Source: Eledone cirrhosa
Taxonomy: Eukaryota
Direction: 5' to 3'
Assembly (NCBI GenBank): GCA_964016885.1
Contig: OZ024741.1
Coordinates: 190,650,001-190,714,000, forward strand
Length of the DNA: 64,000 nt
The position numbers and the translations under genes were made by a program. The notes under the pieces were generated by a model. That model searched no databases. It was not told the origin of the DNA and worked only from the letters and a program-made list of their open reading frames with translations. Positions 13,940-26,115 of the stretch are shown here, piece by piece (positions within the stretch are counted from its first letter, which is position 1; each line of letters begins with the position of its first letter).

Positions 13940-14850
13940 CACTCGTTTGAGTGTGTCCTGTGGGTGGCATCGGTGATGTCTCAAATGTGCGAGCAGTACT
14001 CCATTGTAGGTCTTAACTGAGTTTTGCAGAGGGTCAGAATTTGCAGGGGGCTAAAGTATTTTCTGGCTCTGAAGAGAAGAGCTAATCTTTTGCAGATCTA
14101 GGTATGTTTAGGATGTGCATTTGTCACAAGAGATCCTCGGTAATAGTGAGGCCTAGCGTTTGGACAGAATGTGAGAGTTCTAATTGTATACTGTTCATGT
14201 TTAAGGATTGTTGTAGGGAAAAAACTCTGAACATCCCTGCATACCTAAAAGCGCACTTGGTGAAATGTCTATAAATAATAACTGAAATGAGCTGTCAGGT
14301 AGATTGTGCATACGTAGTCTCTTGTAGGTAGTTCAAAATTACGCCTGGTGAATACTTTGGTTTTACCCTCGTTTCGTACAGATATACTAAATAGGTGTGT
14401 CACATCATTATAACAAGGGCTGTGAAGTCCAGTGATATTTTCTTGAAATGAGTAGTGCTTGAGTTTGTTTGTTGAATGAAACAAGATTGCCATGAGACCA
14501 TTGGAGGATGTTTTCAAGGTCTCTGTTCCTTGACTCATTGCAGATTTAGTATGGGGTGTCTAGGTTGCATGGGGAGGACATTTGGGTCAGGGACATTAGG
14601 GAAGAATGAAGGGTGGTATCATTTGTACATGAGTGGATGTTGTTGGATGAGATGGCAAGTAAGTCAGTAATATATAAGAGGAAAAGTGTTGGGGACAAAA
14701 CCAAAGCCTAAGATACACTGGAGTTGATAAAGTGTGGATCAGAGAGAGAATGCAGGTTGCAACAGTATGATCTGATAGAAAGCTGTTTATCAAGATGAGA
14801 GAAACACGAAGCCCATAGGCAAGTAATTTTGGTAGGGGATTTGCATCTTA
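13940..14850 (-). mobile_element. Heavily degraded CR1/L2/Jockey-group LINE RT fragment
   Basis: INSFLSDHTV followed by frameshifted remnants of the GVPQGSVLSP-type RT motif. Confidence 0.5.
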
Positions 14851-15524
14851 AACAGTCGGAAACTTTGCTGATCTTGAGGGCAACAACATTGCTTTCACTG
14901 AATTTCTCACAAATTAAGAAGACTATAAAATATGATATAGGTGATGGTTTGTGACCTAGGGATTAAGGTGTCAGGCTCATGATTGTAATGTTGTGGGCTT
15001 AATTCCCAGAACAAGGAGTGCATTGTGTCCTTCAATATGGCACTTTATTTCGTATTGCTTTGGATCATTCAACTGAAAAAAAATTGAGTAGCTCCTATAG
15101 CAACTGGAAGTTAATTTTGCAGCAAACTAGTGTGACATTCAAGGGGAAGTCTTGTACTGTTAGTCACTTAATGCTACCTGAAACAAGGTAAAAGAGAAAC
15201 TAAAAGAAATATGCTGTATAATATAAGTTAAAGAGATGAGGGTTAAAAAGAGGATAAAAAAGTTTATGGAGAGGAAAGAGGATGCTATTAACTACTTTCA
15301 AAGCCTACCTATGTTCATATATACCAAGCCTTTTTGAATCCTTGACCTGTTTATTGCATTATATTATATTACGTTATATCGTATCATATTATATAATATT
15401 CTCTTATATACCTGTACAAACAACCAAATGTAAAGATTAATGCTTCAATTTGTATCTATGTATGAAATTCTAATTATAAGTTTTCTATTATTTTTTCTCT
15501 CTCTCTCTTTCTATCTGATTCTAG

Positions 15525-15677
15525 AGTCTTTGTGATTCCCACCAAAGTTATCGACCATTATCAAGAACATACTCATCATTTTCAACATCAAAACAATTTC
15601 TCGAGGATGCTCCAAAGGTTTTCTACAAGATTTCTGTATCTACGGGAGAACTAAAAAGTTGTGGCACTGATGCAAAG
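15525..15677 (+). CDS. Host gene coding exon C, start of PLAT/LH2 domain (SLCDSHQ...VFYKISVSTGELKSCGTDAK)
   Basis: Pyrimidine tract plus ctag acceptor, aag|gtaata donor, 153 nt phase 0-0; Y-x-I-x-V-x-TG...GTDA is the PLAT first-strand signature. Confidence 0.9.
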
Positions 15678-16309
15678 GTAATAAAGACATTTCTCTTTGA
15701 AAACTACCAATTGGTACCCAAAATGTCCTGCCTAAACATGTTTTTATAAGACCTTCCACAGTGTTAACTGAAACTTATTCTTTAGTTCACATCTATTTAT
15801 AATTATGAAATGATGCAGACACTGACTTAATATATATATCTTATCACTTATGGTAATATCACTGAGATAGATGTAATAATTTGCATATTATTAGCACTGG
15901 TGTTGGTAGTTAAATCAGTATACTACTATAAACTAAGGTGTATATAAACCCCCAATTATGCACTTTCTTTTGATTGTTTAGATGATATACATATCTTCTG
16001 ATAAGAACTGCAAAAGGTTCGAAAATTGGTTGAAAATATTTATCTTTTTTTTTCATTTCACCAAGCAATATGTGAATTTGGCATGATTACAAGTCAATAT
16101 ATTAAATGAGTAAATTTTATATGCATTTATAGTCTCAGTTAACTCTATATTGTATATAAATAGATATAAATTTATCATATACTTCGGGTGCTTAGCATAA
16201 CATTTTATATATATGACTATGAATAAACATTGTTATATATTTGAATTCATAGAAAAATGAGGAAATTCATTCATAGAATCCGTGGAGATATTTTATTCCT
16301 CAACTTCCC

Positions 16310-16445
16310 CCAAAAATGTGGAAGTTGAGAAATAAAATAATACCAGTGGTTGCAGGTGCTCTAGGAATGATACCTAAGGGTCTAATGATTACCTATCCCA
16401 AATCGCAGGAAACCTGCATATAGAAGAAATACAAAAGATAGTACA
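16310..16445 (+). mobile_element. Short RLE-LINE 3' fragment with small inverted copy at its 5' end (16289-16308)
   Basis: KMWKLRNKIIPVVAGALGMIPKG resembles the C-terminus of the ORF at 22871-23605. Confidence 0.65.
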
Positions 16446-16465
16446 TAGAAATACAAAAGATAGTA

Positions 16466-16601
16466 TGGAGGCACATGGCTTAGTGGTTAGAGCATTGGCC
16501 CTGCAATCAAAAGGTTGTGAGTTCAATTCTCAGACCGGGTGATGAGTTGTTTCCTTGAGCAAGACACTTTATTTCACATTGCTCCAGTTTACTCAGCTGT
16601 A
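16466..16601 (+). mobile_element. 5' half of a second-family tRNA-type SINE (continues at 24818-25090)
   Basis: A-box-like tggcttagtgg and B-box-like gagttcaattc; cut at 16601. Confidence 0.8.
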
Positions 16602-19600
16602 TACTATTTCATTCGCCATGGCCACCAGACAGATAAAAACTGCCTGCCCTTCCCGGCTAAAGGAAGAGGGCGGGGCAATCCTCACGATGGACTCAGCTGA
16701 TAGCTGGATCCGTCCTACACGTGACAGCAGGTGTTCGACATAAACCCACAAGTCAGCAATGCTCGGACACTGGACGAGTGCGTGCAGGACGGTTTCGTCG
16801 CCCTGTGCGCATCTCGGACATGCCCGGCTGACGGCACCTCCATGCCTGTAGAGTTTATCCCGAACTGGCAAAGCTCCCCGGTAGCATGGCCAGGCCAGGG
16901 ATTTCTGGAAGTTGTCCATAGGCCCCGGCCCGAAAGTCCTTCCGAAGAGATTGGCTAGTTGATTTTCGTCGATGCCTAGAGTTTCTCCAAGTACGTCGTC
17001 GCTCTTCCCCTCCACTAATCCTCTATAGAACGCCAAGGTGGAGTTTCCACCGATCACATTGCCCGATTGGTCGAGGGCTGTGAGCGTCTGAAGACATTCC
17101 AGTCTCCAAGTGCTCCCTCTCGGTCTTCGCTTGACCCAGGACTGCAGCTCCGTCAAGGAGACGAGCTGGGGAAAGACGTGTCTAGCAAACGGCGACCACA
17201 CCTGATCACCGTCGAGGAAGAGGTGGAGATGTTGTAGCCTGAGCGCGTGTCTGCGCATCATCAGCCACGGCATGCCCAGCCCTCCACGTAGTGGTTGTTG
17301 ACAGCAGATGGACCGCCTGACCATCGGAGCGCGTCCCTTCCACAAAAAGCGAAAGAGCAAACGCTCCAGCGCAGTCAGGCGGGGCTTAGGACAAGGTACG
17401 ACGGTCAGGCGGTAGTAGATGACGGACGCGATGTACGCGTTAACCACCTCCGCTTGACCTTTCAGGGATAGCTTCCTCTCGGCCCATTTCTGGGTGAGAG
17501 AAGCCACCCTGCTCGTCACCTCGTCCCAGTTTTTGTCCGTCTGGAGGTCTGGACCGAACCAGACCCCTAGCAATTTAACCGGTCCGTCCGTCCAGTGCCC
17601 GACGATGCTGTTGGACGGCATGGACCTGCCTCTCCAGGTGCTGAGCTGCAGGCCCACTGACTTTTCCTGGTTGATCATTGCTCCTGTCACCGCTTCGTAT
17701 TCTCTTAGTGTAGTGCCGATCGCCTCGATGTGTTTGGCGCTCGACACCACTACGGTGACATCGTCCGCATATGCTGACACGGATCTTCCGCATCCTAGTT
17801 CGCGCGGGACCCCCCTCAACGTCTCCAGTTTGTGCAGTAATGGCTCGAGAGTCAATACGTACAATAGGGACGAGAGGGGACATCCTTGGCGGACCGAGCG
17901 CATGATGTTGAACGGTTCCGAAAGGTGACCGTTCACTCTCACTACAGAGAAGACGTCGCTGTGCATGGCAGCGATCCAGCCTCTGAAGACGGGCCCAAAG
18001 CCAGCCGCCCTCAGGACTGCCGCTAGGTAACGATGGTCGACCCTATCGAAGACTTTCGACTGATCTAAATTGATCAAAGACCCACCCGTGCCAGGTTCCC
18101 TAGCTACCCTCTCTACGATGTATCGCATGAGGTGGAGGTTGTCATGGATGGATCTGTCGGGAATGGCGCATGTCTGTGCCTCTCCCACCAGACCACCAAC
18201 GACAAGCGCCAACCTCTTTGCTAGCACCTTGGCCAAACTCTTGAAGTCTGTGTTTAGCAGAGTTATGGGCCTAAAATTATCTATGTTATCCCCCTTGTTC
18301 GGATCCTTTCTCAGCAGCGCCACCGCTCCTCGGCTCACAGAGTTGGGAATTCTCCCGTTCTGTTGCCAGTTGCAGTAGACGTCCGCCAAGAGGCCTCCGA
18401 ACAAGTCTGGCATTTGTACGTAAAGTTCATAGGGCAGACCATCCAAACCAGGCGATTTACCCCTTGTGCAGCCAGTCATTGCCTCCCGTACTTCAGCGGC
18501 TGTTATCGGCTTTTCGCAACACTCCGCCTCAGTGGCCGAGAGCCGCGGCAGTCCGTCGAGGTAGACACTAAAGTCCATCCCTCGATCCGGCCCGCCACTG
18601 CCCCCGAACAGTTGAGCGAAGTGTCGCTGAAAAGCTTCACACATTTGCCCGGGATCGAGTAGCATGCGTCCGTCGTGGTCCACCAAAGACCGGATCGTGG
18701 CTTTGTTGCCACGACGCGCCTCCGCCACTCGGGCCCATTGAACGGCTTTCGTCCCCTCGTGTCTGAGAGCACGCACCCTAGCTCTGACAACGCAGCCTTC
18801 GTGCTTTGCATTGAAGAATTGGTAAGGGGCCAATTTCGCCGCAAGTACGTCGGTCGCGATGCCTTTGCAAAGCGCCTCGTCTAATTTTCTAACTAGTTCT
18901 CCCTCTGCTCTATTTTTCTCTATTGCTAAAGCCTTACTAAACCTAATGGACTCTATTCTAATTGCTCTTTTCAGAGCAAACCACCACTTGTTGTTGACGA
19001 TGGCCCCCGTCAACGCCCGCTTAATTAGTTCGCTAATCCGGTCTCTGTAGGCCTTGCGCGCTGGTAAGGACGCGTTTAGCTTCCAGTAGCCGGGTCCTCG
19101 TCTATGAAGCCTATCTAAGTCAAGCACACAGATCACGAATTTGTGGTCCGTGTAGCTGACTATCTTGAATTGTGGACAGCCTATGCTAGACCTATCTATT
19201 TCCCTACAAAATACTCTATCTAGATATGATCTGGATGACCCTATGCGATTTGTCCAAGTCCACATTGGTACATTCGGGAAATCCAATCGGTACCTGCCAG
19301 ACAGTTCAAAACGCCTGAGCAGGTTGGTGAGACTCTTGCACCCTCCTTCCCTATCCACTAATCCCACACAATCCCAGCGTGCATCTAAGATCCCGTTCCA
19401 GTCGCCCACTAACATTAAAGAGCGGGATGTTCCAAGAAAGGTCTCTAGACGCCGGAAGAAATCAGGCCGCCCTGCTCCTGTCGGGGCATAGACGGCCACT
19501 AACCTGAAAGCTTGCCCGTCTCTGCTGGTCACGTCCAGCACCACCAACTTACCTTCTGGGTCCAGGAAGATGGCCCGTATGGCAAGATCCAAACCTCTCC

Positions 19601-19823
19601 GAAAAAGCACAGCAACTCCTCCCCCCGATCCCGGACGGCTGGGAGATGCGTACACATCGTAGCCGCCGAAGATCGGTGCTAAGGCCCGTGCTTCGGAGAT
19701 TCTGGTCCCGCTGATGGCCACTACATCTATGTTTAGTGACCTGAGGTCGTTGAGCAGGTGGCCCTGCTTCCATGACGACCCCAAGCCACGCGCATTTATG
19801 CTGCCTATTCTGAGTGAGGTCAT
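16593..19823 (-). CDS. Tx1/L1 ORF2: APE endonuclease, RT and CCHC zinc finger (1076 aa, C-terminus lost)
   Basis: SINARG, GDWN, YLDR, TDH; PGLDG, FRPITLLN, QGCPLS, YADD; CPRC...HALVQC. Confidence 0.93.
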   Translation of the reverse strand: MTSLRIGSINARGLGSSWKQGHLLNDLRSLNIDVVAISGTRISEARALAPIFGGYDVYASPSRPGSGGGVAVLFRRGLDLAIRAIFLDPEGKLVVLDVTSRDGQAFRLVAVYAPTGAGRPDFFRRLETFLGTSRSLMLVGDWNGILDARWDCVGLVDREGGCKSLTNLLRRFELSGRYRLDFPNVPMWTWTNRIGSSRSYLDRVFCREIDRSSIGCPQFKIVSYTDHKFVICVLDLDRLHRRGPGYWKLNASLPARKAYRDRISELIKRALTGAIVNNKWWFALKRAIRIESIRFSKALAIEKNRAEGELVRKLDEALCKGIATDVLAAKLAPYQFFNAKHEGCVVRARVRALRHEGTKAVQWARVAEARRGNKATIRSLVDHDGRMLLDPGQMCEAFQRHFAQLFGGSGGPDRGMDFSVYLDGLPRLSATEAECCEKPITAAEVREAMTGCTRGKSPGLDGLPYELYVQMPDLFGGLLADVYCNWQQNGRIPNSVSRGAVALLRKDPNKGDNIDNFRPITLLNTDFKSLAKVLAKRLALVVGGLVGEAQTCAIPDRSIHDNLHLMRYIVERVAREPGTGGSLINLDQSKVFDRVDHRYLAAVLRAAGFGPVFRGWIAAMHSDVFSVVRVNGHLSEPFNIMRSVRQGCPLSSLLYVLTLEPLLHKLETLRGVPRELGCGRSVSAYADDVTVVVSSAKHIEAIGTTLREYEAVTGAMINQEKSVGLQLSTWRGRSMPSNSIVGHWTDGPVKLLGVWFGPDLQTDKNWDEVTSRVASLTQKWAERKLSLKGQAEVVNAYIASVIYYRLTVVPCPKPRLTALERLLFRFLWKGRAPMVRRSICCQQPLRGGLGMPWLMMRRHALRLQHLHLFLDGDQVWSPFARHVFPQLVSLTELQSWVKRRPRGSTWRLECLQTLTALDQSGNVIGGNSTLAFYRGLVEGKSDDVLGETLGIDENQLANLFGRTFGPGPMDNFQKSLAWPCYRGALPVRDKLYRHGGAVSRACPRCAQGDETVLHALVQCPSIADLWVYVEHLLSRVGRIQLSAESIVRIAPPSSFSREGQAVFICLVAMANEIVYS

Positions 19824-22017
19824 GTTGAAAAGGAGTGGAAAAGATGGGAAAGACCACTTACCTTACTTCTCGTAGAGGAAGGACGGTTTTTCCATCCTTT
19901 TCACTGCTTGTGGCCTCCCCAGGAAGGATGTCCTTATAAATCCTCCTGGAGAGTGCTTGTCGGAAGTCTCCGATGTCTTTGGGGAATTTTTGTTTTAGTG
20001 TCATGTACGTTTTCTGTGTGATGCGAGTGATTTGTATATGTGGAGGTGGTGTGAATTTTTGGGTTGTTGTGTAGTCTTTTTCTGTGATGCTGGTGTTGTG
20101 TTGGATGTAGTGTAATAATTGCTTGTTGTTCAAATTTAATGCTGTGTAGTGTGTATCGTTTTGGTTGTTTTGTTTTGTTTGCGTTTGTTGTGGGTTTGTT
20201 TCTGTTTCGCATTTTGGTGACTTTTGTGATGTAGGTGATGGTGGTGTTGGGGTTAATGATGGTGATGGTGATGGTGTTTGGGTTGATAGGGTTGGTGATG
20301 CTGGTGTGGATGGTGGCATATCTGTCCTAACTTTTTTGTTTGTTAATTTATTTGTTTCCCTCTGTATTTTGTTTTTGGAGGGGGAAGGAAGAGAATTTTT
20401 TCTTTTTTGGTTTCTTTTTTTTTTCCTGATACCGTTTCCCACTCCTCGTCGTCACAATCTGTCTCCAGTTGTGATAGGCCGGGGAGTGGAAAATCCTCCA
20501 CAGGCCTTAGTTTTGGTTGTGGCGTGGTGGATGGTGTAGGCGCTGGTGCTAGTTCTGAAGCGTTGGGTGGTGGTGGTGTTGGTTTTGCTACTGTTGCTGG
20601 GGTTGTTGCTGTTATAGTTGCTTCTGTTGTTGCTGTTACAGTTGTTGCTGCCATCTCTGCTACTGGTGGTGTTGATGGTTGCGTCACTGGGGTGGGTAGG
20701 AGAGGTGGCCTCAACCTTTTAGCCTGAGGGCAGAAAGCCCTTAGGTGGGTTCCTTCACCACAAACGACACACCTAGGCCTTCTGCCCTCGATAATTACGG
20801 TGAGGTGGCTGCCGTCAGTGAGGTCTATTACCTCTGGGATCTCCTCAATGCTTTTTTGGTCCGCTTGGATCAGGAGCTCCATCCCAGATCCGGACCAGTT
20901 CTCCTGCTTTTCTTTTGCTATTGCTATTATCTTTGTGTTGGCTTCGATGCCGGCGAGGACGGCCGCTATTAGCCAGGGAATTTCGATGGCCGGTGGAACG
21001 TGGTCACCCTGATCTCTATGAGTCTATGGCCACAATAGCTTGGGACGAGTGTGAAGTCGTCACTTCTTAATGGGGCCATGGAGTGTTCTCTAGCCTCCTC
21101 TGGTGTTTCAAAGAACACGTCCACGGTTCCATACTTCTGCCCACGTCTGATGTGGGTTTTTCTTGCCCACACATGTCCCAAAGCTTTTTGGATTTGGGAC
21201 TCGGATGCCCGTTCCACTCGGCGCGATTTTACATTTATTGTTCGATACGACACGGTGCATAGGCCCCGACGCTCCATTTTATTAGGTGGGGGGTGAGGGT
21301 GGGGGTGAGGCTGACCCTGTACCCATCTTTCTTTACCATTTTTTTGGCATTTTCTAATTCCTCCTGAGTTACCGTAAATGCTTCGCACTGTTTTGCTACT
21401 CTGGCAAAACTCAGGGTGGTTTTTTTAATGTCATTGTTGTTGTTGTTGTTGCTATCGTTATTTTTGTTATTATTAATTTTAGTTTCAGTTGTAGTGGTGG
21501 TGACGTCAGTGGAGTTCGGTTTGGAAGAGTCCATTTTGGTTGAAAATATTTCGACATCACGAGTTGATTTATTTTTTCCTTTTGTTTCTGTTGTCGCGGT
21601 GGTGGTGGTGGTGGTGGCGGCTTTAACACCTGCAGTCATTGGTAATGGCGGGGAATGAATGTCTGCCTGAGACAAATTTAAAATATTGCTAGTGCTTAAA
21701 TTATTTGTGTTGGCAAACGTAGTATCATTTACAATGGTGGTGTCGGTGTGAGGTGTTAATTTGTGAGGAAGGCTTTCAGCTGTTTGGTGCAGAGGTGAAT
21801 TAGCCAATTTTTTTTCAAAGAAATTTTTTGATAATCATAAAAGTTTAAATTTTGGGCACAAGGCCCCAATCCTTTTGGGTGTCCTTTTCGGAAAACAATG
21901 TATGTGCGCTTATATATAGTTAACAATAAAAATTTTCCATAAATGGCAATTTTTAACAAACGGAAATAACAAACCTTTGCGGAGCTCACGATGATACGAT
22001 TTACTACGTAGGTCGCC
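16602..22017 (-). mobile_element. Near full-length Tx1/L1-clade LINE, 3'-truncated
   Basis: ORF1 pieces plus ORF2; GC-rich relative to flanks; no 3' UTR or tail. Confidence 0.92.
19858..21807 (-). pseudogene. Tx1/L1 ORF1 (gag-like), broken by frameshifts
   Basis: Four consecutive minus-strand ORF pieces; zinc knuckle CVVCGEGTHLRAFC; Pro/Thr-rich linker. Confidence 0.8.
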
Positions 22018-22074
<57 letters not shown>

Positions 22075-22076
<2 letters not shown>

Positions 22077-22811
22077 GGCTACAGAAGGAATGCTAATGGC
22101 TGCGCAAGAGCAGGCCCTCAAAACGAAGTGGCTGAAACACCATATTTACAAGGAGGAGGCTAGCCCACTGTGTAGGATCTGTGGCGAGAGAGAGGAGAGT
22201 GTGGCTCACATTGTATCCGAGTGTAAACACCTAGCCCAGACTCACTATAAAGGCTGGAGACATGATGTGATGGGCAGGGTGATCCACTGGCACCTATGCA
22301 AAGTAAACAATTTACCACATTCTGAGAAGTGGTATGAGCATAAGCCAGAGTCGGTGATGGAAACGATCAGGTGAAGGTGCTGTGGGATTTTAGGATACAG
22401 ACGGACAAGAAACTGGAACACAATAGTGGTGGTTTTCGACAAGGGAAAAAGATCGTGCCTGATTGTGGATGTGGCCTGCCCATTCGACACGAGTGTGCAA
22501 GAGAAGGAGAGGGAGAAAATTAACCGATACCAGGACTTAAAGTGGGAGGTAAAAAGGATTTGGAACTGCCATGAGGTCAAAGTGGTCCCGATTGTCATAG
22601 GCACACTAGGTATTATCTCAAAGAGTTTCCAAGGATGATTAAAGAAAATTGGTCCCGCCGTGCTTTTTGGAACACTTCAAAAGGCATGCTTGCTGGAAAC
22701 AGCAAGAACCCTCCGATACATCCTGAATATCTGAGGCTGCAGGTAGTGGCTTGATATTCATTTCAACAAACTTTCCAGTTAAATAACATCAATGACTTAG
22801 ACTCAAAGAAC

Positions 22812-22840
<29 letters not shown>
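22075..22840 (+). mobile_element. RLE-type (R4/Dong-like) LINE 3' fragment between (AAT)n tracts
   Basis: CRIC...HIVSEC, RHD, IVDVACPFD...EKINRYQDL. Confidence 0.85.
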
Positions 22841-22842
<2 letters not shown>

Positions 22843-23800
22843 GGAGCAGAAACCTCTGCATGGCAAATATGTGGTCCGTAGCAAACAAGCTGATCTTGAC
22901 CAAAAGCACACCCATCAGTGGCTACGTAGTTCAGGGCTAAAGGCAGAGAGTGAAGGCTTCATCTTAGCTGTCCAAGATCAAAGCTTATTGACTCGTAATT
23001 ACCAGGCCAATGTGATGAGAAACGGAATAAAACCAAAGTGCCGATTCTGCAATGCTGAGGTTGAAACAGTGGACCACCTAGTTTCTGGATGTAAAGTTTT
23101 AGCCCCAGTAGAATACAAATATAGACATGACACAGTTGGCCAATATCTACACTGGGTAATATGTCGGCATTACAAAACCAAAGCTGAAGACAAGTGGTAC
23201 AATCATCACCCTGAGGCTGTAACTGAAGGAGAAAAAGTAACAATTCTCTGGGACTTTCCTGTACACACTGACAGGACCATAAAAGCAAATAGACCTGACA
23301 TCATTGTAAAAGATCAACATAACAAGGTCTGTTTATTGATAGATATGAGCATCCCATGTGATCACAATATCGTGGCAAAAGAATTTGACAAGCTACGAAA
23401 ATATAAAGATCTGCTTATTGAAATTGAGAAAATGTGGCATCTCAAGGCCGTTGCAATACCAGTGATTATGGGAGGACTGGGAATGATCAAGAAAGGAACA
23501 GAACAATATTTGCGAATGATTCCTGGTTTACCCTCTCTGCACGAGGAGCAAAAAATTGTTTTGACTGGTACTGCACACGTATTGAGAAGAACACTATCTC
23601 TGTAAGATTGATATCCCTCCTTGTATTTACATATGCACATGAGTATATATGTATACTGTTTTTTTTTTGTTGTTTTTTACTTATAATCAATGTGCTGTAT
23701 TAACTGGCTTACCAATGCACACTTTGAATTTATTTGCCCTAGGTGTGAGGAAGACACTCGGCATATATCTCAGAAACCATAATGAAAGAGAATAAAAATG
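22841..23800 (+). mobile_element. Second RLE-type (R4/Dong-like) LINE 3' fragment; 244-aa open C-terminus 22871-23605
   Basis: CRFC...HLVSGC, RHD, RPDIIV...IDMSIP...KYKDL. Confidence 0.88.
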
Positions 23801-23948
23801 ATAGATTGGGATTTGTTCTAGGGTTCTTATATATTTGATATATATTTATCCTTATCGAGCCTCGTGAAATAAATACGTTTGTTCATATTTTGTTATTGTG
23901 TATGCAAAAATATCTGTACACGAATATATAATTATATATATATATATA

Positions 23949-24630
23949 CTAGCAGCTGAGCCCGGTTGCACTCGGGGCTACTCGGGGCCCCTTTTTATTA
24001 AGTTAATAAGTTGAGGGGTGACATGAAGAGAGTGGTTTGACAGAGAGACGTTGGGTTCAAAGATATTATTGCAGGGCTTCTTTGTAGACAACGTTCCTAG
24101 TGTTGCCCGGGTTACCACAAATGAAGAGATTGTGTGGACTGCCGATGCGGGAGCATCTGACGTATGGGCAAATACCTGCTGTGTTAGATTTAGGTCAACC
24201 ACTTGCAGAGATTGTCCTTCTGCTTTGTTAATGCTCATTGCAAAGCAGAGTTTTATGGGAAACTGCCGTCGGGTAAATTCATAGGGGACGTCAGAGGGAC
24301 TAAGGTCATGCCAGCAGCAAGTCCGCTCAAAATGGTTGTCTCCAGAATTTGGGTCCTTATTTTTTTGATGATTAAACGCGTTCCGTTGCATAGTTCTGGT
24401 GCATCCAGGTTTCTCAGCAGCATAACTGGCACACCAACCTTCAGTTTCAAATCATGAGAAGGAAGTCCTGGAGGTAGTTGACTGTTGAGGAATTCAATTG
24501 GGTAGATGACGGCGTCGTCTGTGTTTTTATTGGTGTCAATCGACTTGAAGGAGACTTCATTTCCGGGAATCTGATCGAGTAGTTTTTGTTTCATCAAGTC
24601 AACAGTGGCATTGTGTGGTGCCAAAATAGC
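23949..24630 (-). mobile_element. Helitron 3' fragment with PIF1-helicase remnant
   Basis: LKVGVPVMLLRNL, LCNGTRL, RRQFPIKLCFAMSINKAEGQS; terminal hairpin plus CTAG at 23949-23978. Confidence 0.9.
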
Positions 24631-24817
24631 TATATATATTGAATATATATATATACATATATATATCGATCGCCTTTCGTCAAATCGGACAGAGTAAACA
24701 ATGTTTTCGTCGGTTTTTCCAGTTGCTATACTATATATCGGTTGCAACTCCAGGTAGAAGGAGCAACGTGAAATAAAGTGTCTTGCTCAAGGACATAACG
24801 CATATATATATGATATA

Positions 24818-25090
24818 GGTGATGTGTTGTTTCCTTGAGCAAGACACTTTATTTCACATTGCTCCAGTTTACTCAGCTGTAGAAACGAGATGATAGGGAC
24901 TGGAGTCCATATCATTCCACTGCAAAGTGGACATGTAGGTGCCACGTCAAAAAAGCACCCAGCACTCACTGTAAATTAGGTTGGTGTTAGGAAGGGCATC
25001 CAGCTGTAGAAATCAAGCCAGAATCAGTTCCCGTCCCATCCTTGCAAGCAGGGAAAAAGCGGATGTAAAATGAATGAATGAATGAATGAA
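24818..25090 (+). mobile_element. 3' part of the SINE begun at 16466, with (GAAT)n tail
   Basis: 24818-24881 equals 16538-16601 at 63/64 positions. Confidence 0.8.
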
Positions 25091-25479
25091 TATATATACA
25101 CACACCATATATACATATATATACACACTACACACACACATATAGCGTCATAATGTCGTAATGCAGACAGTCAGACATACAGACAGATATTATGAGGCGC
25201 AACGTTATATCTATGTATCTATCTAAAAAGAGACAGACTAAGAATTATAGAGAGAGATCGCTAAATCGCCTAATGCGGTCCCATTGAAAATTTGAAATAT
25301 TCTTTGCTCAAAACACTCACAGGACCATAAGTATTACATGTGTAAAGTTTGAAAACAATCGGCTGGGTGGTTCTCGAGTTTTAGGGAAACAGACAGACAG
25401 ACAGACATTCTCTGTTTTAGATATATAGATAATCATCATCATCATCATCATCACCATCATCAACAACAACTATCATAGT

Positions 25480-26115
25480 AATAGTTTCTAATTTAGGCAC
25501 ATAGCCAGCCATTTAGGGGAAGGGGAGAGTCGATTAAATCAATCCCAGTACTTGATTGCTACTTTATTTTATTAGTCCCTGGAAAGTTGAAAGTCAAAGT
25601 TGACCTCAGGAGGATTTGAACACAGAACTTAAAGAGCCTGAAGAAATATTTCAAAGCATTTCTTCCAATGCTCTAACAATTCTGCTAGTCTGCCATTTTT
25701 GATTTCTAATTTTGGTACAAAGTCAGAAATATTTTGGGGTGGGTAGAGAATCAATTATATTTGACTGGTACTTTATTTGATCAACTTCAAAAAAGTGAGC
25801 GGCAAAGTTGAGCATGGTGGGATTTGAACTCAGAACGCAATAACACAAATGAAATGTTGAGACATTTAATCTGGTGCCATAACCGCTCTACCAATTTGCC
25901 ACATTATAATAATTGTTTCTTATATAGGCCCAAGGCCAGCAATTTTGGGAGAGGGGGAAGTCGATTAAATCGACCCCAGTGCATTACTGGTACTTTATTT
26001 TATCGACCCCATAATTTGAACTTGGCACGATTTGAACTCAGATTGTAAAGGGCCGTAACTCTATGCATTGAAGTTTGTTGTCCGACACTCTACTGATACT
26101 GCCATTCTACCGCCC
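25480..26115 (-). mobile_element. Three minus-strand SINE copies of different ages
   Basis: Reverse-complement SINE motifs (ctggtactttattttatcgacccc, gatttgaactcag). Confidence 0.75.

Noticed and set aside
17494-21658. Plus-strand ORFs overlapping the Tx1 element
   Set aside because: Antisense shadows of GC-rich LINE coding sequence
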